From Betaproteobacteria bacterium (lineage in GTDB: Bacteria > Pseudomonadota > Gammaproteobacteria > Burkholderiales > SG8-41): DNA of 64,000 nt. Positions 27,258 through 36,610 of the stretch are shown piece by piece (the first letter of the stretch is position 1; every line of letters begins with the position of its first letter). The stretch covers positions 15,007-79,006 of the forward strand of contig JAHFRL010000007.1 of the NCBI GenBank assembly GCA_023266235.1, in the 5' to 3' direction. The notes below the pieces were generated by a model that was not told the origin of the DNA, did not search any database, and saw only the letters and a list, made by a program, of their open reading frames with translations. A program made the position numbers and the translations under genes.

Positions 27258-28529
27258 CTACGCGGCCTTCTTCGGCGGCGCGGAAAACGCGCCCGCGTTC
27301 CTCAACTTGACGATCTGCTCGTCGGCGTAGCCAAGCACCTCCCTGAGGATCTCGTCAGTGTGCTCGCCGAGGAGCGGGGAGCGCTCGATCCTGGCCGGCG
27401 AATCCGAAAGCTTGATCGGCATACCCACGTTCCACCATTTGCCGCGCTGCGGGTGGTCGAGTTCGACATACATCTCGCGCAGCCTGACGTGCTCGTCGTT
27501 GGCGAGGTCTTCCGTGGACATGATGGGGCCGCAAGGCACGTTGATCTCATTGAGAATGCCCATCAACTCGCGCTTGCCATGCTTCAGCGCAAACTCGCCG
27601 ATAATCTCCCACATGTCATTCTGGTATCTGCGACGGTTATCGATGGTGGCGAACTTCGGATCGGTCGCCAGATCGGGCAGGCCGAGCTCGGGCCCGATGC
27701 GCCTGGCAAGCGCGTCCCACACGGCTTCCTGGACAACGACGTAGATAAAATCGTTGGTCCCCCCCGGATTGCAGCGGATGGCATTGCCCAACTGGCCGCC
27801 ACCGGAGTCATTGCCGGCGCGCGGCACCGCCCCCATGCCCTGATGCGTGGCCACTGAGTATTCCGCCAGCGACTCGCGGATAAGACGCTGGTGATCGCGC
27901 CACTTGACCCGGCACAGGTTCATGATGCCGTCCATCATGGCGACCTCGACGTATTGCCCCTCGCCGGTGCGGTCGCGCTGGCGCAGCGCGGCGAGTAGCC
28001 CGATCGCCAGGTGAAGACCCGTTCCGGTATCTCCGATCTGCGCGCCAGCCACGAAAGGCGGACCGTCGGGAACACCAGTGGTGCTCATCGCGCCGCCCAT
28101 CGCCTGGGCCACGTTTTCATAGGCCTTGAAGTTGGCATAAGGTCCCGAAGACCCGAAGCCCTTGATGGAACCCATCACGATGCGCGGGTTGATTTCGTGC
28201 ACTTTCTCCCAGGCAAATCCGAAACGGTCGAGCACCCCGGGACCGAAGTTTTCCATGACGATGTCGCATTTCTTCAGCAGCTCGACGAACACGGCCTTGC
28301 CATCGGGCGACTTCATGTTGACCGTGATCGAGCGCTTGTTGCAATTGAGCATCGTAAAATAAAGGCTGTCCGCATTCGGCACGTCGCGCAGCTGGCCGCG
28401 CGTCGCATCGCCGACGGGCGGCTCCAGCTTGATCACGTCCGCCCCCATCCACGCGAGCAGTTGCGAGCAGGTTGGCCCCGCCTGCACGTGCGTCATGTCG
28501 AGTATTCGAATTCCTTTGAGTGCTTCCAT
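27258..28529 (-). CDS. frc: formyl-CoA:oxalate CoA-transferase (type III CoA-transferase)
   Basis: MEALKGIRILDMTHVQAGPTCSQLLAWMGADVIKLEPP, LYFTMLNCNKRSI and KAYENVAQAMGGAMSTTG align closely to E. coli YfdW / O. formigenes Frc as I remember them. ATG 28529 has GGAGA 5 nt upstream. Confidence 0.9.
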   Translation of the reverse strand: MEALKGIRILDMTHVQAGPTCSQLLAWMGADVIKLEPPVGDATRGQLRDVPNADSLYFTMLNCNKRSITVNMKSPDGKAVFVELLKKCDIVMENFGPGVLDRFGFAWEKVHEINPRIVMGSIKGFGSSGPYANFKAYENVAQAMGGAMSTTGVPDGPPFVAGAQIGDTGTGLHLAIGLLAALRQRDRTGEGQYVEVAMMDGIMNLCRVKWRDHQRLIRESLAEYSVATHQGMGAVPRAGNDSGGGQLGNAIRCNPGGTNDFIYVVVQEAVWDALARRIGPELGLPDLATDPKFATIDNRRRYQNDMWEIIGEFALKHGKRELMGILNEINVPCGPIMSTEDLANDEHVRLREMYVELDHPQRGKWWNVGMPIKLSDSPARIERSPLLGEHTDEILREVLGYADEQIVKLRNAGAFSAPPKKAA

Positions 28530-28590
28530 TCTGATCTCCAAAAATGCTTCGGCAGATAGATGGCTACCTGCTCTCGCTCAACTGTTTGAC

Positions 28591-30318
28591 TTATTTCTTT
28601 TTTGCGCTTTGCGGATTCAGGCTCGTGATGCGACCGCTTTCGGTGCCGGCGCTTTCATCGATCACGGCATTGATGAGCGTGGGCTTGCGCGAGCGGATGG
28701 CTTCTTCCATGGCCTTGCGCAGCTCCGCCGGGGTCGTGGCGTGCACGCCCACGCCACCGAAGGCTTCCATGAGCTTTTCATAGCGTGCATCCTTGACGAA
28801 CACCAAGGGTGCCGGATCGCGGCCACCGGTCGGATTGACTTCGTCGCCGCGGTAGACGCCGTTGTTGTTCAAGATCACCACGCAGACCGGCAGGTTGTAG
28901 CGGCAGATGGTCTCGACTTCCATGCCGGAGAAGCCGAAGGCGCTGTCGCCCTCGATCGCGATCACCGGCAGGCGGCTGACCACGGCGGCCGCGACGGCAA
29001 AGCCCATGCCGATGCCCATCACGCCCCAGGTGCCGACGTCCAGGCGCTTGCGCGGCTTGTACATGTCGACGATGCTGCGGGTGAAGTCGAGCGCGTTGGC
29101 GCCTTCGTTGACCAGGATGGCGTCCGGGTTGGCCTTGACGATGTCGCGCACCACGTTCAGCGCGCTGTGAAAATTCATCGGCGTCGGATTCTTGGCCAGG
29201 GTCTCGGCCATCTTGGCAACGTTCTTGTTCTTGCGCTCGGCGATGGCGTTCAGCCAGTCCGCCGGCGGCTTGGCCCAGTTGGAGCCGATGCCGGCAAGCA
29301 GCGCGGACACGCAGGAACAGATGTCGCCGACCACCGGGGCGTCGATGCGGACGTTGCTGTCCGCCTCCTGCGGCGAGATGTCGATCTGGATGAACTTCTG
29401 GCCGCCCCACGCCTTGGCGTCCTTGCCGCCCCAAGTCTTGCCCTTGCCATGCGAGAGCAGCCAGTTCAGGCGGGCGCCGACCAGCATCACCACGTCAGCC
29501 TCGGGCAGCACATAGGAGCGCGCGGCGGCAGCGGACTGCTCGTGCGTGTCCGGCAGCAGGCCCTTGGCCATGGCCATGGGCAGGTAGGGGATGCCGGTCT
29601 TCTCGACCAGGGCGCGAATGTCCGCGTCCGCCTGGGCGTAAGCGGCACCCTTGCCCAGCACGATGAGCGGACGCTTGGCGCTCTTGAGCAGCTCGAGCGC
29701 GCGCTGCACCGCATCTTGGGCCGGGATCTGGCGCGGCGCCGGATCGACCACCTTGATCAGCGACTTCTTGCCCGCTTCTGCATCCATGGTCTGCGGGAAG
29801 AGCTTGGCCGGCAGGTCGAGGTAGACGCCGCCCGGGCGGCCGGAGACGGCGGCACGGATGGCGCGCGCGATGCCCACGCCGATGTCCTCGGCGTGCAGCA
29901 CGCGGAAGCCGGCCTTGCACAGCGGCTTGGCGATGGCCAACTGGTCCATCTCCTCGTAGTCACCCTGCTGCAGGTCGACGATCTCGCGCTCGCTGGAGCC
30001 GCTGATGAGGATCATCGGGAAGCAGTTGGTGGTGGCGTTGGCCAGTGCGGTCAGGCCGTTGAGGAAGCCGGGCGCGGACACCGTCAGGCAGATGCCCGGC
30101 TTTTGCGTCATGAAGCCGGCGATGGCGGCGGCATTGCCGGCGTTCTGCTCATGGCGGAACGAAATCACGCGCATGCCTGCGGCCTGTGCCTTGCGGGCAA
30201 AGTCGGTGATCGGGATACCGGGCAGACCGAAGATCGTGTCGATGCCGTTGAGTTTGAGGGCATCGATGACCAGGTGAAAGCCGTCGGTCACTTCTTGTGA
30301 TTGTGCATCGGTTGTCAT
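28591..30318 (-). CDS. oxc: oxalyl-CoA decarboxylase (ThDP-dependent)
   Basis: [52 protein letters not shown] and the ThDP motif region [22 protein letters not shown]...NNNG. It sits directly upstream of frc. Confidence 0.9.
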   Translation of the reverse strand: MTTDAQSQEVTDGFHLVIDALKLNGIDTIFGLPGIPITDFARKAQAAGMRVISFRHEQNAGNAAAIAGFMTQKPGICLTVSAPGFLNGLTALANATTNCFPMILISGSSEREIVDLQQGDYEEMDQLAIAKPLCKAGFRVLHAEDIGVGIARAIRAAVSGRPGGVYLDLPAKLFPQTMDAEAGKKSLIKVVDPAPRQIPAQDAVQRALELLKSAKRPLIVLGKGAAYAQADADIRALVEKTGIPYLPMAMAKGLLPDTHEQSAAAARSYVLPEADVVMLVGARLNWLLSHGKGKTWGGKDAKAWGGQKFIQIDISPQEADSNVRIDAPVVGDICSCVSALLAGIGSNWAKPPADWLNAIAERKNKNVAKMAETLAKNPTPMNFHSALNVVRDIVKANPDAILVNEGANALDFTRSIVDMYKPRKRLDVGTWGVMGIGMGFAVAAAVVSRLPVIAIEGDSAFGFSGMEVETICRYNLPVCVVILNNNGVYRGDEVNPTGGRDPAPLVFVKDARYEKLMEAFGGVGVHATTPAELRKAMEEAIRSRKPTLINAVIDESAGTESGRITSLNPQSAKKK

Positions 30319-30417
30319 GCTGAGATGCCTCGCGTTCTCGCCGTCGTATCCATCGAAATCTCCTAGTGAGAGAAGTTTTTCGTTCCGCCCGGAATGACGC
30401 TTTTTTGAAGGGTTTCA

Positions 30418-30459
30418 AATATATACAGCCGGCTGCGACCCGGCCTTGACCACGGTCAA
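30418..30459 (-). promoter_or_regulatory. FNR/FixK-type box plus -10 element, candidate class II promoter of oxc
   Basis: Read on the minus strand: TTGACcgtgGTCAA (30459-30446), 22 nt, then TATATT (30423-30418). The box centre falls about 41.5 nt before the implied TSS near 30411. The same box sits over the -35 region of the divergent regulator gene (TATACT at 30475-30480). Confidence 0.6.
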
Positions 30460-30465
30460 TTTTTC

Positions 30466-31155
30466 ATGTTTTGGTATACTGGTGTTTGCATGCCCTGCCT
30501 TGCCGCAGTGCCTGAAACAGCGCTGTTTCACAAACCGATGACATCCCTCGCCCGCCACGCGGAGGCCAAGATCGTGCGGCTGCAACTGCGCCAGAACCTG
30601 GTGCTGCGGCACATGACGCGCGAGCAATGGGACGAGCTCGAGCCGCAGCTCGACATCACCGATTACGCGAAGGGAGCGCTGCTCGAAAACCAGGGCGATT
30701 CGTCGATGCGGCAGTATTTCATCCTCGACGGCATACTCAAGCGCGTGGTATCGAACCGGGAGGGCCGCGAAATGATCCTGCGCTTCGCCGCCGAAACCGA
30801 GATCGACACCAGTTACGCCGCGTGGCGCCTCAAAACCACCATCCCATACTCGATCCGCGCGGTAACGCGCGTGCGCACCGCGCAGTTGTCGATGGAAGAG
30901 TGGGTCGCGTTCGTGGAACGCCATCCAGCGGTCAAGAGCCAGTTCGAGTTCGGGGTAATGAAACTGATGAGCGAGGTGATGGCGCATACCATCACGCTGC
31001 ACCTGCTCGATGCGCCCGGCCGCATCGCGCGCTTCATGCGCAAGCACTCAGCGCTGGTCGAGCGCCTGCCGAAAAAAGAGCTTGCCTCCTACCTCAACCT
31101 GTCGCCGGAAACCCTGTCGCGCCTCAAGCGCCGCGGCAAAATCGACCTGCAATAA
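30466..31155 (+). CDS. Crp/Fnr-family transcriptional regulator (FNR-like DNA-recognition helix, no FNR cysteine cluster evident)
   Basis: The cNMP-binding-like fold has ALLENQGDSSMRQYFILDGILKRVVSNREGREMIL. The C-terminal HTH is LASYLNLSPETLSRLKRRG, which contains the E--SR motif that FNR uses to read TTGAT half-sites. The start is uncertain: ATG 30466, 30490 or 30538, none with a good SD. Confidence 0.8.
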   Translation: MFWYTGVCMPCLAAVPETALFHKPMTSLARHAEAKIVRLQLRQNLVLRHMTREQWDELEPQLDITDYAKGALLENQGDSSMRQYFILDGILKRVVSNREGREMILRFAAETEIDTSYAAWRLKTTIPYSIRAVTRVRTAQLSMEEWVAFVERHPAVKSQFEFGVMKLMSEVMAHTITLHLLDAPGRIARFMRKHSALVERLPKKELASYLNLSPETLSRLKRRGKIDLQ

Positions 31156-31245
31156 AGCGTTCACGCGCCGCGCATTCCGCCTCTGCGGGGGGCGGCGGCT
31201 GGGCTGCCGCCGCGTGAATGCAAAATCCGGCCACGCGCAGCGGGG

Positions 31246-32256
31246 CTATCCTTGGGCGAACGGAATCACGCCTGGGACAAGCCATTTCTCCCACATCTCG
31301 TCAATCTTCGCCTGGAAGTACGCGATATCTTCCTCGGTAAAGTGCGCAAAACGCCCCTGCCTCATCAAATACTCGCCAACGGGCTTGCGCTTGACCGCTC
31401 CACTCGCGATATGCTTGCTCTTGCCGTACATCTTCACCTTGCGGTCTTCGACCTCGTAGAGGGGCCAGATGCCGGTCTCGATCGCAAGCTCACCCAGCTC
31501 ATGGGAGAATTTCGGATCGTAGTCCCAGCCCTTGGGGCAAGGATCGAGCGAGTGAATGAACGTCGGCCCGCCGATGGTCAACGCCCGGCGCACCTTGTTC
31601 ATCGTGTCGATGGCGTTCCCGGCGCAAACGGTCGCGACATACCTGCAGTCGGGATGGCCCGCAGCCAACATCGCCGCGGTGTTCTTTTTCCAGCGTTTGT
31701 GCATGATGCGGTGCTTCTTGCCCGGCGGACTAAAAGTGGAGTTCGCACCGTACGGAGACGAACCCGACACCTGGATGTCGGTGTTGGCATACGACTCGTT
31801 GTCGTACATGAAGATCAACATGTTGTACTCGGTGTGCTGCAGGGCCGCCGAAATGGCCGACAGCCCCATGTCGGCGCCGCCGCCATCACCGCAAAAGGCG
31901 ATGACGTTGATCGGCTCCTCCTCCATCTTGCCCTTGCGCATCATCGCCTTCAGAGCGGCGGCGGTACCAGTGGCAGCGGAGCCTGCGGATCCGAGCTGCG
32001 TGTGCATCCATGGCACCACCCACGGGGTGGAGTAATAGGTGGTGTTGGCCACATACATGCAGCCGGTGGCGCCAAGGACGATCGTGCGCGGCCCGGCCGC
32101 CTTGATCATGAGCTTCATGACCAGCGCCGACTCACACCCCTGGCAGGTGCGGTGACCCGAGGTGAAATACTCCTCGCGAGCGACCTTCTTGATGCCCTTC
32201 CAGGGTTCGAGAACCTGGGTTGAGAAATCCTTCAAAGCTATGCTTGATGTTTCCAT
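31246..32256 (-). CDS. 2-oxoacid:ferredoxin oxidoreductase beta subunit (ThDP-binding), OOR-like complex
   Basis: GHRTCQGCESALVMKL (proximal cluster cysteines) and FCGDGGGADMGLSAI...NESYANT (ThDP GDG...N motif). It starts 5 nt after the alpha stop. Confidence 0.85.
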   Translation of the reverse strand: METSSIALKDFSTQVLEPWKGIKKVAREEYFTSGHRTCQGCESALVMKLMIKAAGPRTIVLGATGCMYVANTTYYSTPWVVPWMHTQLGSAGSAATGTAAALKAMMRKGKMEEEPINVIAFCGDGGGADMGLSAISAALQHTEYNMLIFMYDNESYANTDIQVSGSSPYGANSTFSPPGKKHRIMHKRWKKNTAAMLAAGHPDCRYVATVCAGNAIDTMNKVRRALTIGGPTFIHSLDPCPKGWDYDPKFSHELGELAIETGIWPLYEVEDRKVKMYGKSKHIASGAVKRKPVGEYLMRQGRFAHFTEEDIAYFQAKIDEMWEKWLVPGVIPFAQG

Positions 32257-32261
32257 GATGG

Positions 32262-33518
32262 TTACTCCCGCACGCCGATCCAGTGGGTATCTCGATAGTC
32301 GATGTCGCCGCCGCTTGCGGCGGCAAACACCTTGCCGGTTATTTCAATGACGTTATTGGTGCTCAACTCGCGTCCACCCAAACCGGCGATGAATGAAACG
32401 ATCGTGGGCCGGTGCACCGCTGGGTAGAGGGCGGAGCGCAGCTCGTTGGCTAGCACGCCGCTGAAGAAGGTGGAGCCGAAACTGTAATCGCGATCGATCA
32501 CGCCTACCGCCTTTACCCCGGATAGCGCGTCCTGCAGCTCGATGGTGGGGAACGGGCGGAACCACCTGACACGGACGAAGCCGACCTTCTTGCCCTGCTC
32601 CCGCATCTTGCGGACGGCGACTTTCACCGGCATTGCGAGCGTGCCCATTCCCACCAGGGCAACCTCGGCGTCCTCCATCATGTAGCGCTCGATGAAGGGC
32701 TCGCCGCCGCGTCCGAACTTGGCGTTGAAATCACCGTAAGCTTCGATGAGGACATCACGGGCACGGCGCGCCGCCATGTCATTTTGTTTGCGTATCTCCA
32801 TCACCCAATCCTCGTTCGCCTGGGGGGCGATGGTGATCGGGTTGTTTGGATGCAACTGCTTATCTCCCCGGTCATAGCGCGGCAGGAAGCTGTTGACCAG
32901 CTCCTGGCTGGGAACGTCGACGATCGACTGTGAGTGGGTGAGGAACGCACCGTCGCAGCTGATCGCACAGGGAAGAGAGACGCGCTTGTCTTCGGCCACG
33001 CGGTAGGCGATCAGCGCCGTGTCGAACGCCTCTTGCGCGGTCGACACCCAGGTTAGCAACCAGCCGAGATCCCGCACCGCGAGCGCATCGTTGTGCTCGA
33101 CCCCGAAGGCGCCGGGATCGTCGAGTGCCCTGTTGCCGACCATGGCAACCATCGGCAGACGCAGCCCGGCGGTGACCGCCAGCGCCTCAAAGGCGTAGAA
33201 CCAACCGACGCCACTGGAGCCACAGAAAACCCGTGCCCCTACGGCCGACGCGTGCTTCACAATCTCGAACTGCGAGTGCTCGCTCTCGGCTACCATGTAT
33301 TCGCAGTCGAAGTCGCCGTCGGCGATCATCTTCGATACGTACTGCATAACGGTGTCGTAGGGCCGGATCGGGTACGCCGTGATCACGTCGACGTCGGCGA
33401 GTCGAACTGCATGCGCGACCGCTTCACTGCCGCTGATCAGCTCCTGCGACCCACGCCCCGGTGCGCGGGCGGTCGTGACATCAACTTTTTTGGCAACAAC
33501 TCCTTCAGGAGGATTCAT
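32262..33518 (-). CDS. 2-oxoacid:ferredoxin oxidoreductase alpha subunit, OOR-like
   Basis: ELISGSEAVAHAVRLADVDVITAYPIRPYD, where Arg replaces the usual Thr of YPITP, and VGNRALDDPGAFGVEHND. ATG 33518 overlaps the upstream gene by 14 nt. Confidence 0.85.
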   Translation of the reverse strand: MNPPEGVVAKKVDVTTARAPGRGSQELISGSEAVAHAVRLADVDVITAYPIRPYDTVMQYVSKMIADGDFDCEYMVAESEHSQFEIVKHASAVGARVFCGSSGVGWFYAFEALAVTAGLRLPMVAMVGNRALDDPGAFGVEHNDALAVRDLGWLLTWVSTAQEAFDTALIAYRVAEDKRVSLPCAISCDGAFLTHSQSIVDVPSQELVNSFLPRYDRGDKQLHPNNPITIAPQANEDWVMEIRKQNDMAARRARDVLIEAYGDFNAKFGRGGEPFIERYMMEDAEVALVGMGTLAMPVKVAVRKMREQGKKVGFVRVRWFRPFPTIELQDALSGVKAVGVIDRDYSFGSTFFSGVLANELRSALYPAVHRPTIVSFIAGLGGRELSTNNVIEITGKVFAAASGGDIDYRDTHWIGVRE

Positions 33519-34647
33519 TGGCTATCTCCCCGGCATATTGGCCCACGTGGTGAAATCCATGGCTACGGGGGGGCGGTTCCGAAATCTTTTCCGACAACCA
33601 CGCAGCGTAGCTTTTCTTGTCCTTGGTCCACATCTCCCATTGGCTCCCGTTATCCTTGAAGGCTTCCTCGTTAACCATGGTGATGCACTTGTCTACCGGG
33701 CAGACGGCCTCGCACACGCCACAGCCACAGCAGGCTTCCATGTTGGCGTCGTAGTGGCCGTCGGGCGTGATGTCGAAGCAGGTATCCGGGCACTGTAGCC
33801 AACAGATTTTGCACTCGGTGCAGGTGTCGAAGTTGACCACCGGCCGCATGGTGCGCGTTGAGAATTTCTTGAAAGTGGGGTTGCGTGCGGGGACATAGCC
33901 GCCATCCCGGCCGGGAACCTTTTGCTCCCCGGTCATGCCGCGAATCACCAGGCCCTCTTCCATCGTCTTCCAGCCTGGCAAGTCAAACTTGTAGGGGACC
34001 GTAGCGTTGCCATTATCAGCGCCAATCGCGGTCGACGCGACCAGAGCGTAGGCCTTCCTCGCCGAAGCTTCCTTTGCGGCGTTCTTCTTCGGCTCGTTAA
34101 TCGCCGCCACGACGGATTCCAGGCTGACGATGTGCGGGGCGACCTTGGCCAGCGCCCCCAGCAGGCGCACATCGGTGTGATCGTCCTTGTAGACCCACAA
34201 CCCCGAGAAGCTGGCGGCGGCCTTGACGATGGCGAGATTGTAGGGCTTGCCCTTGCGATGGATGTCGCCGATCAGGCTCTCCGACGAACGCGTCGATGGA
34301 ACCAACAGCGTGCCGCCCTCTTTGAGCAGCTTGTTGATAGGCTGCAAGCCATACCAAGCCCAGGACTCGACACCTTTGCAGAGGGTGTCGTCAGCGGCAA
34401 TGGTCACGTCGTTGTTGTCGGGCTCGTACCTCGACAGGTTCTCCTCCATCTCTTCTTCGCTATCGGCAACGACGGCGAACTGCTTGGCCGGGATGCCGTT
34501 GCGTTCAGGAGAATCGCTGTAGCGGCCGAAGGCGATACCGATCTTCCCTTCCTTTTTTGCAGCAAAGACAATCCCGCGGCAGATGTTCTTGGCCAAACTC
34601 TTCTGAAAAATGCCGCGGTAGACGACCTCCACGGAACCGGTGCTCAT
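33505..34647 (-). CDS. 2-oxoacid:ferredoxin oxidoreductase gamma subunit fused to a 2x[4Fe-4S] ferredoxin (delta) domain
   Basis: ATG 34647 (MSTGSVEVVYRGIFQKSLAKNI) is preceded by AGGAGG. The C-terminus has CTECKICWLQCPDTC and CCGCGVCEAVCPVDKC. The longer track ORF (to 34836) would overlap the FprA-like gene. Confidence 0.8.
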   Translation of the reverse strand: MSTGSVEVVYRGIFQKSLAKNICRGIVFAAKKEGKIGIAFGRYSDSPERNGIPAKQFAVVADSEEEMEENLSRYEPDNNDVTIAADDTLCKGVESWAWYGLQPINKLLKEGGTLLVPSTRSSESLIGDIHRKGKPYNLAIVKAAASFSGLWVYKDDHTDVRLLGALAKVAPHIVSLESVVAAINEPKKNAAKEASARKAYALVASTAIGADNGNATVPYKFDLPGWKTMEEGLVIRGMTGEQKVPGRDGGYVPARNPTFKKFSTRTMRPVVNFDTCTECKICWLQCPDTCFDITPDGHYDANMEACCGCGVCEAVCPVDKCITMVNEEAFKDNGSQWEMWTKDKKSYAAWLSEKISEPPPRSHGFHHVGQYAGEIANESS

Positions 34648-34822
34648 TGCACATACCTCCTGGTGGCCTTGCGATGGGAAATAACAGCATATCATGTCGG
34701 AATTCTTCCGGGCAAATGCCAGCTGTCCGCCGCAACCGTATTTATACCCGGGACTTTTCGACACTGCGGCGGGGGCATCTGCAGCCACCGGGGACGGTGC
34801 AATACCCATCACGTTCGCGTGT

Positions 34823-36205
34823 CTATTCAGAGTCAACGATTACCTTCAGCATCCCTTCCACCGAGGTGAACTTCTCCCTCGGTTTGCCGGCGGCTGCGCC
34901 GCGCCGCACCTCCGCCGCATCGATCTTCTGCCAGTCCGCGTAGCTCACCACGCGGACCGTGCGGTTTTGCAACAAAGCCGTCAGTCCGCCAGCACCGCTT
35001 TTCGCGCCGGCGGGAAGATGCGGCAAGTCGGCCAGCAGTGACGCCACCGTGGCTACGCTATCGGCGCGATTGGTGCCGATGATTCCCGTCGGACCACGCT
35101 TGATCCAGCCCGTCACATATAGACCCGGAACGACGTTCTGCCCATCGATTATGCGACCGTCCTGGTTGGGAATGACACCGCGACGATCATCGAAAGGAAC
35201 GCCTGGAATGGCAGCACCCCGATAGCCGATGCTGCGAAACAGCACGCCGCATGCAAGCTCCTCTACCTCGCCAGTCTCGCGTGCGACCTGCTGCGAAGGC
35301 TCCCCCTCCAGACAATTTCGCACCAGCACCACTCGTTCAAGCCTTCCTTCGCCTTTGAGTGCCTTCGGGCTCTTGAGGAACTGGATGTGGCAGCGCCGGT
35401 GCCGCGTGGGCGCCGGCCGGGCGGCGAACGCCTGCAGTACTTCATAGCTCTTGCTACTGGCCCTGTTGTGTCTGTCCGCGAGCTCTTCACGGCTCGCCGG
35501 ATTCAGCTCGAGATCGTCCGCCACCAAGATTGGGTCGCAGTCCGCCAATTCCCCCAGCTCCCTGAGTTCCTGATGAGTGAACTTCGCTTGCGCCGGACCG
35601 CGGCGTCCAATCATATAAACATCGCGAATCCTGCTCTGCGCCAAGACCTCGAGCGCGTGGCCGGCGATGTCCGTGTGCCTGAGCTCGTCCACCGTCTTGC
35701 AGAGAATCCGGCAGACATCGACAGCCACATTCCCTTGTCCGATGACCACGGCGGTCTCATGCGACAGGTCGAACACCAGATCGCGATAGTCAGGGTGGCC
35801 GTTGTACCACCCGACAAACTCCGTAGCCGCATGGCTGCCTGCCAGATGCTCCCCCGGGATGCCGAGCTTCCGGTCGGTCTCCGCGCCACAAGCAAATATG
35901 ACGGCGTGGTAGCAACCCTTCAGTTCCTCCACGCTGATATCGCGCCCCACCGTGACGTTGCCCAAGAATCGAAATTGCGGGGACTCGGCAATCTGCTGAT
36001 AGACACGTATGGGTTCCTTGAGCTTCGGGTGATCCGGAGCTACGCCGCTGCGCACCAGCCCAAAGGGCGAGGCAAGGCGTTCAAACATGTCGACAAGGAC
36101 CGTTTGTTTCGATTCGAGCAACGCCTCGGCGGCGTAAAAGCCGCTCGGTCCACTGCCGACAATTGCCGCGCGCAGCGGGTTCTGCGCCGTGCCGAGGTTA
36201 CTCAT
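34823..36205 (-). CDS. FprA / adrenodoxin-reductase-type NADPH:ferredoxin oxidoreductase
   Basis: AIVGSGPSGFYAAEALL, GLVRSGVAPDHPKLK, VIGQGNVAVDVCRIL and GWIKRGPTGIIGTN align along their length to M. tuberculosis FprA as I remember it. Confidence 0.85.
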   Translation of the reverse strand: MSNLGTAQNPLRAAIVGSGPSGFYAAEALLESKQTVLVDMFERLASPFGLVRSGVAPDHPKLKEPIRVYQQIAESPQFRFLGNVTVGRDISVEELKGCYHAVIFACGAETDRKLGIPGEHLAGSHAATEFVGWYNGHPDYRDLVFDLSHETAVVIGQGNVAVDVCRILCKTVDELRHTDIAGHALEVLAQSRIRDVYMIGRRGPAQAKFTHQELRELGELADCDPILVADDLELNPASREELADRHNRASSKSYEVLQAFAARPAPTRHRRCHIQFLKSPKALKGEGRLERVVLVRNCLEGEPSQQVARETGEVEELACGVLFRSIGYRGAAIPGVPFDDRRGVIPNQDGRIIDGQNVVPGLYVTGWIKRGPTGIIGTNRADSVATVASLLADLPHLPAGAKSGAGGLTALLQNRTVRVVSYADWQKIDAAEVRRGAAAGKPREKFTSVEGMLKVIVDSE

Positions 36206-36264
36206 GCTGGGCGGTTTCCCGTACCGGGAAGGCCATGGAACCGCAAAGCCCGAGGCGAGTTGCC

Positions 36265-36570
36265 CTACTCAAACCCTAATTGCTTTTTCCGCTCTTCTGC
36301 GCCTGGAAGCGGATCTTGTTTCTTGCGTATCACCGGCAGTCGGGGTGCGCGTTCGGCATTGATTTCAATCCAGCGCTGCTTTTCCTCCGGGATCGGGTCC
36401 TCGCAAATCGCTTCGACCGGACACAGGGGTATGCAGGCACCGCAATCGATGCATACTTCCGGGTCGATATAAAGCATCTCGTCGTCGCCATGAAAACAGG
36501 CAACCGGACATACCGTGACACAGTCGGTGAAACGGCAGCGTTTACAATTATCGGTTACGACGGTCGTCAT
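36265..36570 (-). CDS. fdxA: 7Fe-type ferredoxin (FdxA/Azotobacter FdI-like)
   Basis: MTTVVTDNCKRCRFTDCVTVCPVACFHGDDEMLYIDPEVCIDCGACIPLCPVEAI. ATG 36570 is preceded by GGGAGG. Confidence 0.85.
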   Translation of the reverse strand: MTTVVTDNCKRCRFTDCVTVCPVACFHGDDEMLYIDPEVCIDCGACIPLCPVEAICEDPIPEEKQRWIEINAERAPRLPVIRKKQDPLPGAEERKKQLGFE

Positions 36571-36610
36571 TTTATCCTCCCGCTTGGATGAAAGGCTGAA
36601 TAAACGGTAG

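Noticed and set aside
14197-30300. Long plus-strand ORFs 14197..15558, 15842..17335, 17609..18556, 23357..24586 and 28429..30300
   Set aside because: They are antisense to the HD-GYP, GspE, kinase and oxc genes. They show no domain signatures, and the opposite-strand proteins are unambiguous.
31159-31218. GC-rich nested palindrome between the convergent regulator and OFOR beta genes, considered as a bidirectional terminator
   Set aside because: Stems exist (TTCACGC/GCGTGAA outer, GGCGGC/GCCGCC inner). There is no clear U-tract on the plus strand and only a weak TTTATT on the minus strand, so I did not list it as a terminator.
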